A program made the position numbers and the translations under genes. The notes below the pieces were generated by a model. It was not told where the DNA came from and did no database searches. It saw nothing but the letters and a program-made list of their open reading frames with translations. Below are positions 17,230 through 25,781 of a stretch of 43,531 nucleotides of DNA, one piece after another. Each line of letters opens with the position of its first letter. The first letter of the stretch is position 1. Location of the stretch: sequence record DRR723986_647; one strand, 5' to 3'.

Positions 17230-17659
17230 CTTGAAACTGAGGGGCCTCGGCGGGCTTTGTTGGCCTGTGGCCTTGCGCTAGTTTGGCCTGAACCGGTGCT
17301 ATGCGCCCCGGATATATTGCCGCTTTGTCTGCCTGCGCTCTGCCCTTTTGGCCTTGGCTGCCCCGCGACAATGACTTCCAGCGATCTTTGGTGGTGGGTC
17401 GGTTTTCTACTTGGGGTTTATCTTTCGCCGTTGACGGCTTGGTTTCCAATTCACGTGCAATTTTATCAGCACCGACATGCGTCATTCTCTCCCCAATCTT
17501 CACCTTAAAGTATCTTCATTCAGTTTTCTCACATGCCGCGCGCCAAACAGTGTACCCACCCGGCACACTCTATGCTGGTATTTTAAACTGCTCTTTGCGG
17601 CAAGAATTTGACGATAGTGTATATAAGGTACCATCTTCGTAAGGTGTTGTCGTAAATTT

Positions 17660-17705
17660 TTACGTTTTTCGTTATTTTATTGGACAGCACTTACTTTTTA
17701 CGTAA
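17660..17705. promoter_or_regulatory. Two further TTACG-N5-CGTAA-like operators
   Basis: TTACG-TTTTT-CGTTA (17660-17674) and TTACT-TTTTA-CGTAA (17691-17705); a weaker copy at 17628-17642. Confidence 0.6.
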
Positions 17706-17925
17706 TAATTACCCAGCACCGACAGACAGGTTCACCTGCACTTTGGTTTTGCCAACCGGCATTCCCCGCCATCGTGCCAAGCCCCCGCCTTAACCGGCGC
17801 GGCCATCTGAAAGAAATTTTCTTTCCATGATGGGTTTTCTTATTTGCCCGGCAGCAACCCAAAGCACCGCGCGCAACAGCCGGAGCGGGACAGCACACAG
17901 TGCTGATACATAACAGGAGAGCTGA

Positions 17926-18333
17926 TTGTCTCTTCGTCGATTGCCCAAAGACCTGTGCATCTTATCGCACCGGCACGCCCCATGCCCTCCCCGCCTTGCC
18001 GGGGCGACGGGCACAGGTAACAAGCCTGATCTTTCAGGCGTGATTGCAATCGCACAAAGGCACATTGCTCAGAAGAGGCGCTTACGCCATTGGCGACATG
18101 CGCGTCAGCTCTCCTTATCTATCAGCGATACAGAGATAACCGCCATGATCGGGCGGTTTGTTGACCAGCAGAAACAGCCCTGCAAAAGGTCACTCATCAG
18201 CGCCATGGCACATTTAGTGGCTGTCAGGTCTGAGTATTGCCAAGCAAATGACCCGCTTGGTGTTTTGCAAACAAGCGCCCACCTGCTTTGCGTTAATGCT
18301 TTAATTCAGCACAGCAAAGCAGCTACTAGATAA
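17926..18333 (+). CDS. Hypothetical protein
   Basis: 135-aa ORF with TTG start and AGGAGAG RBS, downstream of the operator cluster. No family recognised. Confidence 0.4.
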   Translation: MSLRRLPKDLCILSHRHAPCPPRLAGATGTGNKPDLSGVIAIAQRHIAQKRRLRHWRHARQLSLSISDTEITAMIGRFVDQQKQPCKRSLISAMAHLVAVRSEYCQANDPLGVLQTSAHLLCVNALIQHSKAATR

Positions 18334-18593
18334 ATTTGTGAACTTATGGGGAAGTAACGGGATTGCAAACCGGCCTTCCGGGGAAGAGGAGAATTTTTGT
18401 GGCCGCGCGCCTGTGCTTTATCAAGTATGGGGCGTAGATTTTTCGCACAAGCTCTTGTTTCGCAATCCCGTTGAGTGTTGTTACGCCGCTTGCTCTAAAC
18501 TGGATCATTCAAGCCTTAATTTTATTTCGATCCTGATAAGTCCCAAGACACCATGTGCGTCCAGGCAAACACTTTGCCTGCATTGCCTGGATT

Positions 18594-18698
18594 AAAAAAG
18601 GCTGCCAAAAATGGCAGCCTTTTAAGCCCTGACGGGAATGTGAAGGGGGATGTCAGGGCGAAGGGGAGGTGTTTCCATCTATGGGAGGGGAGATGGCA
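18594..18698 (-). ncRNA. Candidate 3'UTR sRNA with C-rich (anti-SD) loops, ending in a terminator
   Basis: Minus strand hairpins CCATCT-CCCCTCCCAT-AGATGG and GCCCTGAC-ATCCCCCTTCACATTCCC-GTCAGGGC, linker ACCTCCCCTT, then terminator AAGGCTGCCA-TTTT-TGGCAGCCTT-TTTT. Confidence 0.45.
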
Positions 18699-19130
18699 TT
18701 ATGTTATGTCACCTGCAGCCCAAAATTTAGAATATTGCTGGCAGTGAATAACGAATGACTTAAAGCTGGACAGGTCTATACCTGCTGGCAATTTATAAGC
18801 CTGCGCGCCTTTATGGCTTTTTAACTCGGCAACAAAAACACCGTCTGTGGCATTGTCGCCGTCAACGTTTGCCGCTGGCAATTTAGACAAAAAGATTTTC
18901 AGGTCTGGTGCTTTGCGCGCCTTAAAGTTAGCGGCCAAAACCGCATAAACACCGTCAGCGCGCTGCTCCAACGACCATGTGCCAGATGTGCGCATGTCTA
19001 CATTGGTGAAACCACCGGTGGCCACCGTTTCTGCAGCGGGAGTAGATTGCGCTGTAGCGGCCTCTGCTGCTGCAACACCAAGAATGAGGCCGAGCATTAC
19101 GGCGAAAGATTTAAAAATAGTCATTATCAA
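18699..19130 (-). CDS. DM13 domain-containing exported protein
   Basis: Signal peptide; APDLKIFLS, LKSHKGAQAYKLPAGIDLS and VIHCQQYS DM13 motifs. Confidence 0.85.
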   Translation of the reverse strand: MIMTIFKSFAVMLGLILGVAAAEAATAQSTPAAETVATGGFTNVDMRTSGTWSLEQRADGVYAVLAANFKARKAPDLKIFLSKLPAANVDGDNATDGVFVAELKSHKGAQAYKLPAGIDLSSFKSFVIHCQQYSKFWAAGDIT

Positions 19131-19298
19131 GCCCTCTTAAATAAATTTACTGCACATACTAAAAACAGATGGCCGTGTTCTCTTGGCCTGTGAAGCATAT
19201 GAGAGCGAGGGGAAATATTACCAATAAACTCAAAGTCACGTGTGAGTGAGGCGGACGTGAAGCCTATTGAAAGTTGCAACCTTCACTAGGTTTATAAC

Positions 19299-19323
19299 AA
19301 AAAAGAGCGCCCTAAAGCGCTCT
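19299..19323 (-). terminator. Intrinsic terminator
   Basis: Minus strand AGAGCGC-TTTAGG-GCGCTCT-TTTTT after ORF 19356-19895. Confidence 0.65.
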
Positions 19324-19355
19324 GATCATTTTGTTTTGACTTCTGGGGCAGTTCT

Positions 19356-19895
19356 TTAAGCAGCCCGGTAAAAACTTTTACCCGGTGCGAAGTTAAGCGC
19401 GTCACGTTCGCCGAAACGAAACAGCATGAACATATCATCTTCGCTGTCATAATCGAAAAAGTCAGGGTCAAGATGCAACCGGTATCCACCAGAGAAACTG
19501 AACACGAAACAATCATCCGCGGCATCATGCTCCACCGCCGTTAGCAGTTCACCGTTCAGCATTTCCAGAACAGCCCCAGCCAGCGCATTGTCACTTTCGC
19601 GCCGCCACAAAATCCGGCTGTCATCCTTAAACAGGTCCCAGTCGCACATATACACCCACAGGTGCCAATCATATTGTGGTTGCCCGGTGATGGCATCGCG
19701 GCCTTTCTCGTCGCCCAAATCAAGAGTGACATAGCCGCCAAAGCCCCGGCGTGCGCTCACAACCTTCAACGGCAAAGCGGCCCTGAAGTCTTCAAATTTG
19801 TCTTGTCCCGACCCTCTGGTCGGCAAATAAACAACTGCACTCATCATCTCGTCCTTATAGCGCGTCTCAGAATCAGCGCCTGTATATGGTACCAT
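19356..19895 (-). CDS. Hypothetical protein
   Basis: Long ORF with natural composition (GFGGYVTLDLG...WHLWVYMCDWDL). Start could be the MMSA codon. Confidence 0.7.
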   Translation of the reverse strand: MVPYTGADSETRYKDEMMSAVVYLPTRGSGQDKFEDFRAALPLKVVSARRGFGGYVTLDLGDEKGRDAITGQPQYDWHLWVYMCDWDLFKDDSRILWRRESDNALAGAVLEMLNGELLTAVEHDAADDCFVFSFSGGYRLHLDPDFFDYDSEDDMFMLFRFGERDALNFAPGKSFYRAA

Positions 19896-19975
19896 ATAGT
19901 CACTTTTTATGACAGAGGGCCGAGGTGGGGGCCAAATATAGAGCTTTGCCCCCTACCAATCCTCTGTCGTTACCC

Positions 19976-20368
19976 TCAATCAAACAAATTGCTGCGCCTT
20001 GCTTCCGCGTGGCGGGCACCCATCTGGTCCAACACAGCAAACAAAGCCTGCTGGGACTGAACGCGCGGTGCCCGCCGCCCTGCGGGGCGTTGCGGCAAAA
20101 GGGGAGATGCCGCACGCTGGGGGTTCAAATTATTGTTTGATTGCACCAAACCAGAGGGCACACTTTGCTTCTGGTTTTGGTGTCGGCGTTTCCACCATTG
20201 CGCCAAACGTTTTTTGGAATGAGACAACAGCTTTGAATGGTTGAACAACTTCTGTTTATTCACCGGACGCACAGCCGCCATCATCGCAAACATGGTTTGC
20301 AATTCATTGCGGTTAGCGCCGCCGTTGCAGGCGCTGTCGTAGTCGGTATCAAAAACAGTGTGTCTCAT
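19976..20368 (-). CDS. Hypothetical basic protein downstream of the putative attenuator
   Basis: ORF from MRHTVFD with RBS GAAAGG. No family recognised. Confidence 0.45.
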   Translation of the reverse strand: MRHTVFDTDYDSACNGGANRNELQTMFAMMAAVRPVNKQKLFNHSKLLSHSKKRLAQWWKRRHQNQKQSVPSGLVQSNNNLNPQRAASPLLPQRPAGRRAPRVQSQQALFAVLDQMGARHAEARRSNLFD

Positions 20369-20401
20369 CTTTTTGCCTTTCGTATGGACAGGTTTCAAAC
20401 A

Positions 20402-20583
20402 CAAAAAAACCTCCGGGACTTGGGTCCGGGAGGGGGAAAATTCGATAATCAATGGGTAGATTATGAAACTTAGTGCCTATCCTCCGGGACCATAAACATG
20501 GCGACACAAATCGCGACCGCACGGCGCATGTTATGCTGCGCTGCAGTTGCTGTTTGAGGTTTATTTGTCCAAAGGTTGGTCAT
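20402..20583 (-). promoter_or_regulatory. Putative attenuator: leader peptide plus alternative antiterminator/terminator
   Basis: Leader ORF 20583-20470 (MTNLWTNKPQTATAAQHNMRRAVAICVAMFMVPEDRH). Terminator CCTCCCGGAC-CCAA-GTCCCGGAGG-T7. A second GGTCCCGGAGG lies inside the leader ORF. Confidence 0.55.
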
Positions 20584-20932
20584 TAATGTCTCGTGCTAAT
20601 CTTGCTTCATTATCATGCTTGACGGGCCGAATCATAATAGCGCGTCAATTGGGTGAATCTATTGCAATGAATGGGAAAAGTGTCAACCGGCTATTCAAAA
20701 AAACCAAAAAACACATAAATGGTAAGGGGAAGGTGGCCAGATTATCCCCCTGTGAGCATTGGTAATGCAAAGAACCGGTTGATCTTACTCTCTCACATGC
20801 TATGGAGTGTGCGGCGCGCATGATCCAGGCTGGGATTGCCGCCAGTGAAGGAATTGTCACAGGAAAAATATCATCGAATTTCCGCTCTTAGCAGAGGGAA
20901 CAGGCTCAGTCACAATAGGCCTTGGGGGACTT

Positions 20933-23140
20933 ATGCGGCATCGCAACGGGCAAAAAATAGCGGACAGTTATCAAGGCAAAAGTGCGGACAAAACTGTGTC
21001 CCGCTTGCGCGCCTCGGCTGCTGTGTGCGCGCTTTGCTTTGGCGTTATGCCCTCATCAACCGCCTATGCGGCAGGCACAACGTATATTATTCAAGAGGTT
21101 GACGTTGCCGACAAAGCAGCGCCGGTAAACACTGCCCAAAATGACCAAAGTGAAACAGCGCTCGGCGTAACCACCGATGGTGGCAACTCATCCTACGACG
21201 CCACATTTTTTGACCAGTTCGCGCCGCAAAACGCCCTGGAAATGGTGCGCCGTCTGCCGGGCTTTACCTTGCAAGGTGGTAGCGACGCTCGCGGCTTTGG
21301 CGGTACAGCCGGAAATGTGTTGCTGGACGGAGCACGCCCCACATCCAAGAACGGCCTTGAAGATGTCCTGCGCCGCATTCCGGCAACGCAAGTGGACCGC
21401 ATCGAAGTTCTACGCGGCGGCGTGGGCGCATCTGCTACCGCAGGTCAAACTGTTGTTGCAAATGTGGTTCGCATTGAAGGGGCCAGCACCGGCACCGCGC
21501 GCTATGCCATGGAACTCGGCGCCAACGGCACGCTCAGGCCGCGCCTTGAACTAACCTATTCAACAACTTTGGATGGCTGGGAGACCAGTTCTCGCCTATC
21601 AACAGGCACATTCAGCAACCCGCGCTCTGCCATATTTCAGGACTTTGACACCAGTGGCGCCTTAACCTCAAGCACCACAGAACAGCGTGACAATCGCGGC
21701 CAATGGGCATGGTACACCGGCGAGGCTGGCAAAGACCTGTTTGGCGGCAAGCTTATTATCAACACCCGCTTTGGCGGCGGCAGGCCCGGCAATTTCACCA
21801 CGCGGGAAATTTTTGACAATCGTCAGCCTGACGCCATGCCGGATGAGTTTACCGTTATTGACCAGCCCAACAGCGACCATGCTTTCGAGTTGGGCGCAAA
21901 CTGGACTCGCACATCAGCAAAAGACTGGCAACTAAGTCTCATTGGCCTTTCCGCTTTCGAAAGCCGCTCCAACCCCAGCTTACTGACAGAGGAAAACAGC
22001 CGGCGCGAACAAGTTTTTCTGTCAGACTCGCAGGCCGAAAGCGATACTATTGAAACAATATTGCGCTCAACTATTGGCAAAGTGGGCGACAGCAAACTCA
22101 AGCCCGAATTCGGTGCAGAGGTTGCCTACAACCAACTCATCAGCACGCTTGATTTGTTCGAGGAAGACGAAGACGGCGTTGTTGACATCGATGTACCTTC
22201 AGCCAATGCCAAGGTTGCCGAAATCAGGGCCGAAGCTTTCACAAACCTGGTGTGGCAAGCCAACAAAAAACTGGTTATTGATGGCGGCCTAACTTGGGAA
22301 ATTTCGCGGCTGCGCGTAACCGGCGATGCCAACTCAACCCAAACCTTTAAGTTCTTCAAACCCACGCTGACCGCCACGTATAACTTCACCGATAGCCTGC
22401 AGTTGCAACTGCGCGGCGTGCGCCAAATTGGTCAACTAGACTTTGATGATTTTGCCGCCTCAAACGACGTGGGCGTTGACCGCGTGCTGGCCGGAAACCC
22501 TGAACTGCGCCCCGAAAAAACATGGCGCGCGTCAACCCGGCTGGACTGGCGTTTCAGCGACCGTGGCTCGCTTAATGTACGGACGTTTGTTTTGCACCGC
22601 GACGATGTGCTGGAGCAAATTGTGTTGCCGTCCGGTGGCTCAGGGCGCGGCAACGCTGGCTCAGCCAACTTCACAGGCCTCGACATTGAACTGGTCCTCC
22701 CGCTTGGCTTTATGCTGCCCGGCGCGCAAATTGAAACCAACTATCGTCGGCGCTGGACCAGCTTTTTCGACGAAATAATTGGTGAAGAGCGTAATATAAG
22801 TGACAGAAACCTCCGCAAGCTTGACTTCCGGTTCCGCCAAGATTTTGTCAAGGAGAGGTTTGCCTGGGGCGTGAACCTCGATGGCCATTTCGAAGAGCCA
22901 AATTTTTTCGTTGATGAAGTGAATTTCTTTCGCGGCAACGACCGCTTCACTGCATTCATTGAAACCACACGGTATTTCGATGTAAAAATTCGACTGGAGT
23001 TTGAAGATATTAACGGTGCTCGTTTTGAAAGTGACCGCTTCTTCTTCAGCCCCACCCGCGCAGACGCGCCAGACGGGACACAGTTTCGGCGTTTTGCACC
23101 CGGCTCTGCGGTGCAATTATCTGTTACGAGCCAATTTTAA
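20933..23140 (+). CDS. TonB-dependent receptor
   Basis: Plug motifs FAPQNALEMVRRLPGF and GNVLLDGARP; GNPELRPEK; C-terminal Phe. Confidence 0.9.
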   Translation: MRHRNGQKIADSYQGKSADKTVSRLRASAAVCALCFGVMPSSTAYAAGTTYIIQEVDVADKAAPVNTAQNDQSETALGVTTDGGNSSYDATFFDQFAPQNALEMVRRLPGFTLQGGSDARGFGGTAGNVLLDGARPTSKNGLEDVLRRIPATQVDRIEVLRGGVGASATAGQTVVANVVRIEGASTGTARYAMELGANGTLRPRLELTYSTTLDGWETSSRLSTGTFSNPRSAIFQDFDTSGALTSSTTEQRDNRGQWAWYTGEAGKDLFGGKLIINTRFGGGRPGNFTTREIFDNRQPDAMPDEFTVIDQPNSDHAFELGANWTRTSAKDWQLSLIGLSAFESRSNPSLLTEENSRREQVFLSDSQAESDTIETILRSTIGKVGDSKLKPEFGAEVAYNQLISTLDLFEEDEDGVVDIDVPSANAKVAEIRAEAFTNLVWQANKKLVIDGGLTWEISRLRVTGDANSTQTFKFFKPTLTATYNFTDSLQLQLRGVRQIGQLDFDDFAASNDVGVDRVLAGNPELRPEKTWRASTRLDWRFSDRGSLNVRTFVLHRDDVLEQIVLPSGGSGRGNAGSANFTGLDIELVLPLGFMLPGAQIETNYRRRWTSFFDEIIGEERNISDRNLRKLDFRFRQDFVKERFAWGVNLDGHFEEPNFFVDEVNFFRGNDRFTAFIETTRYFDVKIRLEFEDINGARFESDRFFFSPTRADAPDGTQFRRFAPGSAVQLSVTSQF

Positions 23141-23508
23141 CGCCTAAACGCAGGTTCAATTTTCCCTAAACTTAGGTTCTAGGGCACGCATGTTGACTAT
23201 CTCCCGGTGCACAGTTTCAACCTCACGAATTTGTGATCAGCCCAGCCGAACCCGCATCTTGCGCTCAAAAGAACGTTTCAACCTGTGCGTTGAACGGTTC
23301 ATCGAATAAGCCCTCATTTCTGGCGGCAATAATGCCAATCAATGTAATGTGATTTTATAACATAAATAAACAAGCGATTGACCCACGGGGGGTAGCTGTC
23401 TATTCACAGCGCAGGTTTTGCAGCCCAAAAATTTCAGGCGCAAAAACACAGCAATCGTTCAAAAAAATCTCGGCCTTTCAATGGCATGAGGATAACGGCA
23501 GGTGGGGA

Positions 23509-25647
23509 ATGCAACAGCATACTAATTTTTTGAATGGTGGTAATCAAACGGCCGGGCGCGGCACGCTTGCTTGGTTGATTTCAACAACCGCGCTAACAAT
23601 TGGCCTGATTTCGCTGCCCGCCAGCGGCGATGAAATCCTTGGCGAGGAAGCCCAAGCGCAGACCGAAACTGTTGCGTCTGGCGCATCTGCCCGTTCGTCC
23701 TTCGATGCGGCTTTCTTTCAACAGTTCGCGCCGCAAAATGCCTTTGAAATGGTCCAGCGACTGCCCGGCTTTTCCTTTGATGGTGGCAGCGATGCGCGCG
23801 GCTTTGGCGGCACTGCCGGTAACGTGCTGATAGACGGCGCACGCCCAGGCTCCAAGAACGGCCTTCGTAATGTGCTTCAGCGCATTCCAGCAGCCCAAGT
23901 AGAGCGTATTGATGTTATCCGCGGCGGCGTTGGCGCGAGCGATTCTGCCGGTCAAACTGTGGTTGCCAATGTTATCCGCATTGCGGGGGCCAGCACGGGC
24001 ACGTCTATTGTGCGGCTGGTCCGGACTGCGGACGGGGCCATTCGCCCGCAGACGGAAACTTCCTATTCCACAACAATTGATGGCTGGGAAACCAGCTCAA
24101 AGCTTGATGTTGCGCTGAGGCGCCAGCCCAGGACCACAAGCTTCAGGCGCTTTGACGCTGCGGGCGCGCTGACATCCAGTTCCGAACAAGGGCGCGGCGA
24201 AAACTTCAAATGGCTTTGGTACAACGGAGAAGCCGGTAAAGACCTGTTTGGTGGACGCCTTGTGATTAACACTACCATCGGCGGGGATACTTTTGATGCT
24301 TTCACACCACGTGAAACATTTGACGGTCGCCTGCCCAATAATACGCCAGACAGCTTGCTCACAATCGATTTCAGCCGTGACTATAAAGAGTTTCAATTTG
24401 GCGCTGATTGGACCAGAACAAACGCCAACAAATGGAAAACCCGTTTGCTGGGCTTTACCCAGCTTAGCTCAAGAGATCAAACCAGTGTATTGGTCGATCA
24501 AGACCCCATTGGCACTCAAGTGTTTTTGTCTGACTTTGAAACTACGCAGGACCGGATCGAGTCCATCTTTCGCGGCACATATGGCAAGGTGGGAAGCGGG
24601 CGGTTAAAGCCCGAGTTCGGCGCGGAAGTGGCTTTCAACCAACTGAAAAGCACCTTTAACCTGTTCGAGGAAGACGAAGACGGCGCCATTGAACTGGATG
24701 TGCCATCTGCCAACGTGAAAGTGGCTGAAATTCGCGCTGAAACTTTCGTGAATATGGTGTGGCAAACCAGCGATAAAATTACCATTGATGGCGGACTGAC
24801 GTTTGAGTTTTCTCGCATCAATGTCACCGGCGACGCGGACAACACACAAACCTTCAAGTTCCTGAAGCCCACGCTGAATTTTACCTACAACGCCAACGAC
24901 AATTTGCAATTTCAGTTACGCACCAGCCGCAGTGTTGGGCAACTGGATTTTAGCGATTTTGCCGCGTCTAATAACCCCGGAGATGACCGTGTTCTGGCGG
25001 GCAACCCGGCGCTTAGTCCCGACCAGACATGGCGCGTGGAGGGGTCGGTTGATTGGCGCTTCAACTCCAAAGGCTCGCTGGTGATCACGCCTTTCCATGA
25101 ATGGCGCAACGATGTGCTTGAACAGATTATTTTGCCCTCCGGCGGTGCCGGGCTTGGTAACGCCGGGTCAGCCACATTTTACGGCGTGGAAACTGACCTG
25201 ATTTTACCGCTTGATTTTATTGTGCCCGGCGCGCGGCTTGAGGCTTTTTATGCATGGCGCAGAAGTAACCTGTTTGACCCAATCATTGGACGCGACAGAC
25301 CGTTAAGCAATATCAACAACTCCTTTGCCAGCTTTGAATTTCGTCATGACCTGGTTAAGCAAAAATTCTCCTGGGGCGTTCAAATGGACGGCGGCTTTTC
25401 AGAGGGCAACTTTTTTGCCAATGAGCGGCTGGATTTCACCGGCCCCTACCGGTTTAACGTTTATGCGGAAACCATCCGATACTTTGGCGTGAAAATGCGC
25501 CTTGAGGTCAACCGTTTCTCCGGCAACACCTTTAAACGCGATCGGTTCTTTTTTGACCCGGACCGCGGCGGCACTTTCACCGGGTCAGAGCTTCAACGGC
25601 GCGACTTTGGCTCAACAGTCAGGTTTGAGGTCACAACCCAGTTTTAG
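23509..25647 (+). CDS. TonB-dependent receptor (tandem paralogue)
   Basis: Same plug motifs, GNPALSPD, C-terminal Phe; colinear similarity to the upstream receptor. Confidence 0.9.
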   Translation: MQQHTNFLNGGNQTAGRGTLAWLISTTALTIGLISLPASGDEILGEEAQAQTETVASGASARSSFDAAFFQQFAPQNAFEMVQRLPGFSFDGGSDARGFGGTAGNVLIDGARPGSKNGLRNVLQRIPAAQVERIDVIRGGVGASDSAGQTVVANVIRIAGASTGTSIVRLVRTADGAIRPQTETSYSTTIDGWETSSKLDVALRRQPRTTSFRRFDAAGALTSSSEQGRGENFKWLWYNGEAGKDLFGGRLVINTTIGGDTFDAFTPRETFDGRLPNNTPDSLLTIDFSRDYKEFQFGADWTRTNANKWKTRLLGFTQLSSRDQTSVLVDQDPIGTQVFLSDFETTQDRIESIFRGTYGKVGSGRLKPEFGAEVAFNQLKSTFNLFEEDEDGAIELDVPSANVKVAEIRAETFVNMVWQTSDKITIDGGLTFEFSRINVTGDADNTQTFKFLKPTLNFTYNANDNLQFQLRTSRSVGQLDFSDFAASNNPGDDRVLAGNPALSPDQTWRVEGSVDWRFNSKGSLVITPFHEWRNDVLEQIILPSGGAGLGNAGSATFYGVETDLILPLDFIVPGARLEAFYAWRRSNLFDPIIGRDRPLSNINNSFASFEFRHDLVKQKFSWGVQMDGGFSEGNFFANERLDFTGPYRFNVYAETIRYFGVKMRLEVNRFSGNTFKRDRFFFDPDRGGTFTGSELQRRDFGSTVRFEVTTQF

Positions 25648-25673
25648 GGCCAATTTTAGGGCCAGTTTTAGGA
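25638..25673. repeat. Three 12-bp tandem repeats CCA(G/A)TTTTAGG(G/A)
   Basis: CCAGTTTTAGGG CCAATTTTAGGG CCAGTTTTAGGA spanning the receptor stop codon. Confidence 0.7.
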
Positions 25674-25781
25674 CATCTGCCAGCGCTTATGCTGGCGCTC
25701 GAACACGTTTTATTTTTAACTTTAGTGTAAGCATGCCCAAATCTCTTCAATCTGGCTTTACTCATTCTTCGTAGACGTAGT

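Larger units (their letters stand above)
1..17705 (-). mobile_element. GTA-like or domesticated prophage region (left boundary outside the window, right boundary uncertain)
   Basis: Gene order is repressor, rep-like, late regulator, terS, terL, portal, protease, capsid, fibre; a shared operator recurs; no integrase or att site seen. Confidence 0.7.

Noticed and set aside
1-17705. Capsid-forming PICI or phage satellite
   Set aside because: No integrase, AlpA or primase-helicase is visible, and a fibre and further virion genes are present. It cannot be fully excluded without the left flank.
25638-25673. Functional meaning for the 12-bp triple repeat (telomere-like TTTTAGGG)
   Set aside because: Most simply a slippage duplication of the gene end.
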